From an uncultured delta proteobacterium (GTDB lineage Bacteria > Desulfobacterota > Desulfobacteria > Desulfobacterales > JAHEIW01), in contig CAVPNL010000017.1 of the NCBI GenBank assembly GCA_963706575.1, forward strand, positions 1 through 46,802: a DNA stretch of 46,802 nt, in the 5' to 3' direction. Below, one piece after another: positions 38,928-46,802 of the stretch. How positions within the stretch are numbered: position 1 is the stretch's first letter; each line of letters starts with the position of its first letter. Under the pieces are notes generated by a model, which was given only the letters and a program-made list of their open reading frames with translations, had not been told where the DNA came from and did no database searches. The translations under genes were made by a program, and so were the position numbers.

Positions 38928-40088
38928 ATGGACAACATCCACCACCAATTTGAACAGGGCCCCATCCGACCGCCCAATGAAGCCCGCAGCCTGCTGTTGC
39001 GATTGACGCGCAACTGCCCCTGGAACCAGTGCCTGTTCTGTCCGGTATACAAAAATCGCAAATTTTCATTACGAACAGTTGATGAAATAAAACAGGATAT
39101 TGAATCGGCAAAACAGATTGCCGATGATATCAAAGCCCTTTCATTGAAACTGGGATACAATGGCGTCGTCAACGATGCGGTTATCAGCGCTATTTTCAAT
39201 CAGCCAGGTACCAACACGCATTACCGCAGCATTGCGGGTTGGCTGTATTATCAGACGGATGCCTGCTTTTTGCAGGATGCCGACAATCTGGTCATGAAAA
39301 CAAAAGATCTGGTGGAGGTCCTGCAGTTTTTAAAAGCGCAATTCCCGCAAATCAAACGCGTCACCACTTATTCCCGATCCAGAACGATTATTCGCAAATC
39401 CGTGGATGCCTTAAAACAGATCCGAGAAGCCGGCCTGGACCGGGTGCATATCGGACTGGAAACCGGATATGATCCCCTGTTGAAGCTAATGAAAAAAGGC
39501 GTCACCGGCGCCCAGCATATTGAAGCCGGAAAGCGGTTACTGGCTGCCGGTATGGAGGTGTCCGAGTATGTCATGCCCGGCCTGGGTGGCCAGGAAATGT
39601 GGCGCGACCATGCCGTGGAAACCGCAAAGGTGCTCAATCAAATCAATCCGCATTTTATCCGGCTGCGCAGCCTCCGGGTGCCGGATCGCGTGCCGCTGCA
39701 CGTCAAACTGGAAGATGGAAGCTTCAGCATGCAGACCGATGACATGCTGGCCGAAGAAATCGGGCTATTCATCAAAACCCTCGAGGGCATCACCAGTACC
39801 GTAACCAGTGATCATATTATGAATCTGCTGGAGGACGTTAACGGCAAATTTCCGGACGATAAAGAACAAATGCTGGCGGTGATACAATCCTATCGGGATT
39901 TATCGGAAACCGACCGTTTGATTTATCGCGTCGGCCGACGTGGCGGTGCCTATCGTTCAATCGAAGATTTGAAACGGGATCCGGCGACCTATCAAAAAAT
40001 TGAAAGCCTGGTTCAGGAAATAGTGGAAGAAAAGGGCCCGGACGGGGTTGAAAAAATGATCACAGAAATGGTTGATCGCTATATTTGA
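38928..40088 (+). CDS. Radical SAM protein (IRPPxEA family)
   Basis: GPIRPPNEARSLLLR, CPWNQCLFC, HIGLETG. Confidence 0.9.
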   Translation: MDNIHHQFEQGPIRPPNEARSLLLRLTRNCPWNQCLFCPVYKNRKFSLRTVDEIKQDIESAKQIADDIKALSLKLGYNGVVNDAVISAIFNQPGTNTHYRSIAGWLYYQTDACFLQDADNLVMKTKDLVEVLQFLKAQFPQIKRVTTYSRSRTIIRKSVDALKQIREAGLDRVHIGLETGYDPLLKLMKKGVTGAQHIEAGKRLLAAGMEVSEYVMPGLGGQEMWRDHAVETAKVLNQINPHFIRLRSLRVPDRVPLHVKLEDGSFSMQTDDMLAEEIGLFIKTLEGITSTVTSDHIMNLLEDVNGKFPDDKEQMLAVIQSYRDLSETDRLIYRVGRRGGAYRSIEDLKRDPATYQKIESLVQEIVEEKGPDGVEKMITEMVDRYI

Positions 40089-40178
40089 TAATCTCTTAAA
40101 AAGTCAGAAAGGCAGCCTTTTTACGAGTGGGTTTTGTATCGAACTGACATCTAAATCGTATTTCCGGAGTACTTAGAA

Positions 40179-41168
40179 GTGCAATCAATTAGAATTCTGG
40201 GAACCGGCTCCTATGTTCCGCCGAAACGATTGAAGAACGCCGATCTGGAAAAAATGGGTCTGGATACAACCGATGAATGGATTCAGAAGCGCACCGGTGT
40301 AAAAGAAAGAAGAATCGCAGATCCGGATGTTAGCGCATCCGATCTGGGCTATGAAGCGGCATTGAACGCCCTAGCGGCGGCGGGTCTAACGGCGCAAGAC
40401 ATCGATTTGATTATCGTTGCCACGATTACGCCGGATACCTGCTGTCCCTCCGCCGCAAATTGGCTGCAGGCCAAACTGGATGCCCCCCGGGCGGTGACAT
40501 TTGACGTTACAGCAGCCTGCTCCGGTTTTATTTTCGGCTTGAATATCGCCGAACAATATCTTAAAAACAAAACCTTTAAACGGGTTCTGGTGGTGGCCGC
40601 TGAAATCATGACCCGAACACTCAACTGGAAAGATCGGGCAACCTGCATTCTCTGGGGCGACGGTTCCGGTGCAGCGATACTCAGCCTGGGAGATGACGGT
40701 CCCGAGATTCTTTCCAGCCACCTGCACACCGACGGTGCCAACGGCCGTGAGCTGTTGCTGCCCGGCGGAGGTTCTAAGACCACGCCGATTTCTCACGAAA
40801 GCGTCGACCAGGGCCTGCACTACCTGAACTTGATCGAAGCCAATTTGAGCTTTCGGGTGGCCGTGCGGCATTTTATCGGCGCCATAAGGGAAGCCCTCGA
40901 ATTCAACCATATTAACGTTGAAGACGTCGACTGGTTTATTCCCCATCAAGCCAATATCCGCATGTTTCAAAATATTGCCAAATCCCTGAAGGTGCCCTTT
41001 GAGCGTTTTTATTTGACCCTGCACAAATACGGCAATATCTCTTCGGCTTCCTGTGCTATCTCACTAGATGAAGCGGTCCGCGACGGAAGCATCAAGCCCA
41101 ACGATTTAATCTGTTTGCCGGTTTTCGGAGGCGGACTGACCTGGGGCAGTGCGCTGATTCGCTGGTAA
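40179..41168 (+). CDS. fabH: Beta-ketoacyl-ACP synthase III
   Basis: AACSGF, GDG, PHQAN, YGN, FGGGLTWG. Confidence 0.93.
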   Translation: MQSIRILGTGSYVPPKRLKNADLEKMGLDTTDEWIQKRTGVKERRIADPDVSASDLGYEAALNALAAAGLTAQDIDLIIVATITPDTCCPSAANWLQAKLDAPRAVTFDVTAACSGFIFGLNIAEQYLKNKTFKRVLVVAAEIMTRTLNWKDRATCILWGDGSGAAILSLGDDGPEILSSHLHTDGANGRELLLPGGGSKTTPISHESVDQGLHYLNLIEANLSFRVAVRHFIGAIREALEFNHINVEDVDWFIPHQANIRMFQNIAKSLKVPFERFYLTLHKYGNISSASCAISLDEAVRDGSIKPNDLICLPVFGGGLTWGSALIRW

Positions 41169-42728
41169 TCTTTGGGTGACCCGATGAATCACTTCTCTGA
41201 TCTCCTTGATTTTAAGGAGGTAACCGCCCAAAAACAGGATCCCCATAAAAACGATTCCGGTGATAAACGCAACCCATAAGCTGCCGCTAAATGTTGTTGA
41301 ATCAATCCCGCCCAGCACCTTTAACTTAAACCCGACCATGAAAATTCCCAGCAGCACACTGAGAAAAAACATCTTCAGATAAGTCACATACACATCACGA
41401 CTTCCCTTGTTTTGGGTACGTTTATTCCAAAGTGTGTATAAGAGGTAGACCTGAAATATCGCCGACAGCGAAACCGCCAGTGCGATTCCCCGGGCTCCCA
41501 GGAAATTTAAACCGGCCAGATACAGCGGGATGCTTAATATCACAGCAATGGTCGCATAAATTGCCGGGAAAAGTGTGTCTTGCATGGCGTAGTAGGCACG
41601 CGGCACAATGGTATTGGCCGCAAAGGCAAAAGATCCAATCAGGAAAAAAATAAGCACCACAGATGCCTGACCGGTTGCAGCGGCATCAAATTTTCCCCGC
41701 TGAAACAGTATTAAAATCACCTCTTGCCGAAGCACCATGAGCAGCACCGAAAAAGGAATGACCAGGGATAGATAGCGCAGGGTGTCATTGAGCAATTGGT
41801 TCATTTCCGCCAATTTATTTTCGGCAATCAGACGGGCCATAAACGGATAGGAAGCCACGCCTAAGGCCTGGCCAAAAAATGCGACTAAAAGAAGCACGGT
41901 TCGCAGGCTGTATTCTAAATCTGCAATGCTGCCCGGCGGCAGATAGCTGCCGAAAAATTTCATGAAAATTTCCATGGAAAAAAACAGGGTTAGCCCGAGC
42001 ATCAGCGGCAGGGTAAGCTTGATATATTTTTTCAGATCCGGATGGTTGAAATCAAAAATTGGCGAATATTGCATGCCGATCCTTCTGGCCCCCCAGTACT
42101 GGAGGCCAAAATTTCCGACAAGCGCTCCAAGCAGCACTCCCCAGGAGAAGCCTTCCATTCCCAGTTTAGGGCCCAGCAAAAGACCGCCGGCAATAATTCC
42201 GAGATTATAGAAAAGCGGTGCCAGAGCGGGTATCAAAAATTTCTCCTTGGCGAATTGAACGGCCATAAAGAGCCCACCGGCAAAAAAGAAAAACTGGGCG
42301 GGCAAAATAATGCGTGTCATCCGGATAACCTGCAGCCGGAAGGCCGGGTCCGTTCTCCCGCGGGCGATCAGCGTCACGATTTCAGGCGTAAATATCATGC
42401 CAATCATCATAAACAAAATCAGCAGCGTCCCAAAACAGCTTAAAATGATGGAAAAAATTTTCCACCCGTACGCTTCTCTGCCGGCTGCCAGGTAGCGGGA
42501 AAATATGGGGATAAACGTGATGGAAAGAAAACCGCTGGCGATAATGTGGTTTAAAATTTCGGGAATGACAAAGGCAACCTGATAGGCATCGACTTCGCCA
42601 CTGCGTCCGCCAACATAGGCAATGATCATTAGCCGCAAAAACCCGAAAAGCCGGCTCAAAAAAATCGAGGCCATCATGATCAGCGAGGCGATTCCGACTT
42701 TTTTATAGACCGACTGTGACATGGGCAA
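41106..42728 (-). CDS. murJ: Lipid II flippase
   Basis: SRLFGFLR, DAYQVAFVIPE, FIPIF, LFQRGKF; multiple TM helices. Confidence 0.93.
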   Translation of the reverse strand: MPMSQSVYKKVGIASLIMMASIFLSRLFGFLRLMIIAYVGGRSGEVDAYQVAFVIPEILNHIIASGFLSITFIPIFSRYLAAGREAYGWKIFSIILSCFGTLLILFMMIGMIFTPEIVTLIARGRTDPAFRLQVIRMTRIILPAQFFFFAGGLFMAVQFAKEKFLIPALAPLFYNLGIIAGGLLLGPKLGMEGFSWGVLLGALVGNFGLQYWGARRIGMQYSPIFDFNHPDLKKYIKLTLPLMLGLTLFFSMEIFMKFFGSYLPPGSIADLEYSLRTVLLLVAFFGQALGVASYPFMARLIAENKLAEMNQLLNDTLRYLSLVIPFSVLLMVLRQEVILILFQRGKFDAAATGQASVVLIFFLIGSFAFAANTIVPRAYYAMQDTLFPAIYATIAVILSIPLYLAGLNFLGARGIALAVSLSAIFQVYLLYTLWNKRTQNKGSRDVYVTYLKMFFLSVLLGIFMVGFKLKVLGGIDSTTFSGSLWVAFITGIVFMGILFLGGYLLKIKEIREVIHRVTQRLPANQRTAPGQSASENRQTD

Positions 42729-42735
42729 TCCAGTT

Positions 42736-42769
42736 TAGACGCTATCTCAAAAAAAGGCATTGAGGTGGC
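42736..42769. repeat. Remnant of family C ends
   Basis: TAGACGCTATCTCAAAAA followed by a degenerate partner TTGAGGTGGC. Confidence 0.5.
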
Positions 42770-42851
42770 AAATTAAATAATGGTGGTGGCTTTCATTGCT
42801 TCCATTGCATTATCAGAAAGCAACGGAGAAGGCAAAGGATCGCACACATTC

Positions 42852-42880
42852 TTGACAGGTTTTGGCAGATCTTCTATTAT
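42852..42880 (+). promoter_or_regulatory. Sigma70 promoter
   Basis: TTGACA-N17-TATTAT. Confidence 0.65.
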
Positions 42881-43056
42881 GGCAGTTCCTAGCGAATAAT
42901 GAGCTGGGTTCATCCTGTACCACCTGAAGCGTATACTTGTGTGGCCATCAATATCTGCACTTCACTGTCTATGAATCGAATCAACCGCCGTTCCTGAAAC
43001 GCTTCAACCGGTTTGATTGGAAACCCGGGTTCACTTCAGATAAAATTAACATCGCC

Positions 43057-44544
43057 ATGACCAAGAAAGAAATCATTTCACAGAAAATCACGGCGCTTTT
43101 CGTTTACGGGCGCCCACCCCTGGTTTTTGCAGGATTGATCTGCGCCGTTGCCGTTATGTGGACGCAGAGCCCGATTCTGTATACGATTGGGGTTTTGTTG
43201 TTATTTATCTCCATGAGTTTTGACCTGGTCGATGGCTGGTTTGCTGCCCGCTTCGAGCTCCATCCCAGACTGGAGCAACTGGCCGACCGCCTGATGGACA
43301 AATTAGTCTACTCCATTATTTTTCCGCTGGTCGCCGTCGGAGTCATGTGGCGGGTTCACTTCAGTTCACCGGACCCCACCAGAGGGGAAATGCTGCATGC
43401 CATTCTGGTTCTCTTTCTGGCGGTAACCGTCCTCGTCCGGGATAATTTCGCGCATTTCATGCGCGGTTTTGCCGTCCGCACCGACCAGGAACCCGAATTA
43501 AAAGAGTTCACCCGCCTGCGAACCATTGTTGCCGCACCGGTTGGCGCCCTGCTTTATGCCTATGCGTTTTATGTGCCGGAGGGCCCGCCTTCAAAAATTT
43601 ATTTCTGGATTTCATGGCTGGGCAATTTGCCGCTGCGGGGTTTATTCTTTATCGAAATCATATTCTTGATCATTAATTTCGGATCAATTGCGGGATACGT
43701 CCGCAAGTATGGGACGTTATGTTTGGATGAGCTGTGTCTGGGGAACGAACCGCTGCGCCGCCGGATTCTGGCTTTCTTTCCCAACGCGTTGACCGTCATG
43801 AATGCAATGATGGGGCTGCTGGCCGTGTTTTTTGCATATCAAGGGCGCATCCGGGAAGCATCCCTATTTTTAATCGGTGCGGCATTATTTGACAAGCTCG
43901 ACGGTGCCGTAGCGCGCAAACTGGGTCTGACAGAACCCCTGGAGGAGGAGAAGCCGAAAAAAGCCATCAATTTTGGAAGCCTGCTCGACGATATATCAGA
44001 TGCCGTCAGCTTCTGTATTGCACCGGCCTGGATATTTTATATCGTACTTATCAGCTATCCGGATCCGTTCATTCAAAAATTGCCGGTCGGCTTGATTGCC
44101 TGGCTGTATGCACTGTTGGGAATCGTCCGGTTGGTTTATTTCACATTGGACAAATCACCGATTCCCGGATTTTTCAAAGGCATGCCGACGCCGGCGGCGG
44201 CGATGCTGGTCATGTCGGGTTTGATCATCTTTGGTCAGGCAGTTAATGACGCCTCAGACTGGATACGATTTTGGGGTATTTTTTGCTTTGGATTGGTGAT
44301 AATTGCCGCAATGCTGATGAATCTCTATCCGGTCCGCTATCTGCATCTGGGTCGCTTCATGAGCCGGCATCCCTGGTTTGGGCGCGCATCATTGATTGTC
44401 ATCTTCACTGTATTTACGCCCTACTATGGCCAAGCCTGCCTGATTTACATGCTGCTTTATACCCTTTCACCCATCATCACGTGGCGCATCGATCCCCAGG
44501 TCGCCGCCCGGGAAACCCGCACAAAACCCGCCGGAGTGCATTAA
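43057..44544 (+). CDS. Two-domain CDP-alcohol phosphatidyltransferase (start uncertain)
   Basis: DLVDGWFAAR..DRLMD and DKLDGAVAR..GSLLDDISD; FKGMPTP is PssA-like. Confidence 0.88.
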   Translation: MTKKEIISQKITALFVYGRPPLVFAGLICAVAVMWTQSPILYTIGVLLLFISMSFDLVDGWFAARFELHPRLEQLADRLMDKLVYSIIFPLVAVGVMWRVHFSSPDPTRGEMLHAILVLFLAVTVLVRDNFAHFMRGFAVRTDQEPELKEFTRLRTIVAAPVGALLYAYAFYVPEGPPSKIYFWISWLGNLPLRGLFFIEIIFLIINFGSIAGYVRKYGTLCLDELCLGNEPLRRRILAFFPNALTVMNAMMGLLAVFFAYQGRIREASLFLIGAALFDKLDGAVARKLGLTEPLEEEKPKKAINFGSLLDDISDAVSFCIAPAWIFYIVLISYPDPFIQKLPVGLIAWLYALLGIVRLVYFTLDKSPIPGFFKGMPTPAAAMLVMSGLIIFGQAVNDASDWIRFWGIFCFGLVIIAAMLMNLYPVRYLHLGRFMSRHPWFGRASLIVIFTVFTPYYGQACLIYMLLYTLSPIITWRIDPQVAARETRTKPAGVH

Positions 44545-44610
44545 TGGTTATTTGTCCTTAGAAGTTATTTTCAAGATTCATTTCGTACCTGATAGCTGTG
44601 CTCTAAAACA

Positions 44611-44745
44611 AGAAGTGCCTAAAATGCCTAAAATGAACTAAAATGCCTAAAGTTATGGTTTCGCTGCGCTCTGGCTTTTATATATAAATGACAGAATTCC
44701 TTAACTTTAGTCACTTTAGATCACTCCCAACTTTAGTTCACTTAT
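44611..44745. repeat. Family A element, copy 3
   Basis: Reverse complement aligns end to end with 676-834. Confidence 0.9.
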
Positions 44746-44809
44746 TGTTGAGGGCACCTTTGTAACTTTTTTCTCTGTTTTAAAAATGAACTGTCGATTT
44801 TCAGAAAAT

Positions 44810-46802
44810 TCAAGAAGTGGGAGTTGAAATTAGCTTGGCTTTGATGGCACTCGCCAAATGAAGGATATCTTCCCGGATTATAAAGCCACACGGAACCAAA
44901 ATCAGCGTGATAAAGGTGGCGAACAAAACACCAAAGCCCAGACTTATTGCCATGGGAATTAGAAACTGGGCCTGCACGCTGCGTTCGAAAATCATGGGGG
45001 AGAGTCCGGCAAAGGTCGTTAACGAGGTCAGCAAAATGGCTCTGAAGCGCATACAACCGGCTTTAATGACGGCATCATGGGCATTGTCGCCAGCACTCCG
45101 CAAACGATTGGCAGCATAAACCAGAACCAGGGAATCGTTGACCACAACGCCGGCCAGGCCGACCATGCCGAAGATGCTGAGGATACTTAAATTGAACCCC
45201 ATAATCAGGTGCCCACATAAGGCCCCGACAAAACCAAAGGGTATGGCCACCATAACCACCAGGGGCTGGGTAAATGAACGGAAAGGAATAGCCAGCAGCG
45301 CATAAATCCCGAAAAGCGCCAAACCGAATCCCTTAAAGACATCCGCCCAGGTCTCCTGCTGCTGCTTGCCCACGCCTTCAATCGTATAGCGCAAACCGGG
45401 ATAGCGGGCTTTCAGATCAGGCAGGAAATCCGCTGTCAGCAGATTTCGAACCTCATTGGCGTTGGTCACTTTCTCTTCCACGTCGGCGGTGACCTTTACC
45501 ACACGATAGCGCTGGGCTCTCTCGATGGTTGCATAGCCCTGCTGGATATCAACCTGCGCCACCTGATTAAACGGCACCTCGGCACCTGCGGGTGTCCGTA
45601 TCCGCATATTTTCCACATATCCCATAGACTGGCGTTCACTCTCCGGATAGCGGATCATCACTTTGACCTCGTCTTTGCCCCGCTGCATGCGCAGGGCCTC
45701 GGCCCCGTAAAAGGCATGTCGCACCTGGCGGGCCAGATCCTCCAGGGTTAATCCCAGACTGCGGGCAGCCGGTTTCAACTTGAGCTGCATTTCCTTTTTG
45801 CCGGGCAGAAAGCTATCGCCGACATCAAATACGCCGGGATAGCTGCGCAGCTCCGTCTTCAAAGCGGCGGCAGCCACCAACAGCTGATCATGATCATCGG
45901 AAGACAGATGCACTTCAATCGGATTGCCGGCCGTATGGATTTCACTGCGGTAGGTAATCGTTTCCGCGTCCGGAATTGAACCGACTTTGCGGCGCCAGTT
46001 CCGGGTGAGCTGGGCCGTGCTGATATCCCGGTATTCACTGTCTAACAGGTTGATCCAGGCCTGAGCCAGATGACCGCCGGTCCCTTCGGTGGCACCCCGA
46101 CCCGAGTGACTGCCGACCTGTACCATACTGTATTCCAAAAGGGGCCTCGCATCTTTGGGACGCTTTTTCTCGGCTTCCGACACGGCTTCCAGAGCGGCTC
46201 GCTCCATCTGACGGATCACCTCCCAGGTGCGTTCGACCGGCGTGCCCACCGGCATGGTCACATAGGTGCGCATGGTATTGCCCTCGACTGTGGGGAAATA
46301 CGTAAATTTGACCCATCCGGCATACCAGATCCCGTAACTGATCGTTAACAGTGCGATGGAAAAAGCCAGCGTTGCGTAGCGCCACCGGACGCAAAAATCG
46401 ACCACCCGCACATAGGGCCCGTTGATAAACTGTTTTAACCACCGTGAGAATCGATTTTCTCTTCGGACACGCTTCTTTTTGCCGGGTGGCGCTGCGGGCA
46501 CTGCGCTCCAGATGTGAGGGCAAAATAAAAAGAGACTCGATCAATGAACCCAATAAAACCAGGATCACCACGATCGGAAGGTTGCGCATCAATTTGCCCA
46601 TGCGGCCGCCGGCCAGCAGCAAGGGCCAGAAGGCGACCATGGTGGTCAACACCGAAAAAATGACCGGTCGGCCCACTTCCAGGGCGCCTTCCACGGCGGC
46701 CTTAAGGGGACCGTAACCTTCTTCCTGCTTGCGATAAATGTTTTCACCGATGATGATGGCATCATCAACCACGATGCCCAGTACCATGATGAAGGCAAAC
46801 AC
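44810..46802 (-). CDS. RND efflux permease (AcrB/AcrD/AcrF family), 5'-truncated, frameshifted near 46485
   Basis: LGIVVDDAIIIGEN in one frame; GVVVNDSLV, RFRAILLTSLTT and LIPMAISLGFG in the next frame. Confidence 0.9.

Noticed and set aside
38434..40088. Cys-rich peptide plus radical SAM as a RiPP (ranthipeptide/sactipeptide) cluster
   Set aside because: A terminator and a repeat element separate the genes. The enzyme shows no SPASM cysteines or evident RRE, and the peptide looks like a metal-binding repeat with no leader.
1..46802. Selenocysteine read-through, tRNA/rRNA, prophage or defence genes
   Set aside because: No gene appears truncated at a TGA in a catalytic Cys position, and I recognised no such RNA or protein signatures.

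Overview
This is a 46.8 kb chromosomal window. Gene content and style suggest a Desulfobacterales-like sulfate reducer, though that is inference. It carries mostly housekeeping and envelope genes: wbqC-like, DHH phosphoesterase, M16 peptidase, acyl-CoA dehydrogenase, mutM, purB, recD2, tsaA, acetoacetate-CoA ligase, ltaE, split purH, HD and HD-GYP proteins, exeA/exeB, a CHASE2 Ser/Thr kinase plus FHA protein, iscS/iscU, ADH, AsmA-like, radical SAM, fabH, murJ, a double CDP-alcohol phosphatidyltransferase and an RND permease. I see no rRNA, tRNA, CRISPR array, integrase or transposase. The most unusual signal is non-coding: about 16 small palindromic elements from several unrelated families fill the intergenic spaces. 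Some are built from inverted 6-, 7- or 9-nt microrepeat arms and some are nested. One MITE-like family shows stem covariation and sits on stop codons, and another brackets mutM and its neighbour in alternating orientation. Protein-level highlights are an IscS lacking the PLP Schiff-base lysine, an unlisted YjfB-like gene with a consensus sigma28 promoter, a 73-aa protein with three CxxC-x8-HxC units, a SeqA-N-like protein and two frameshifted genes.
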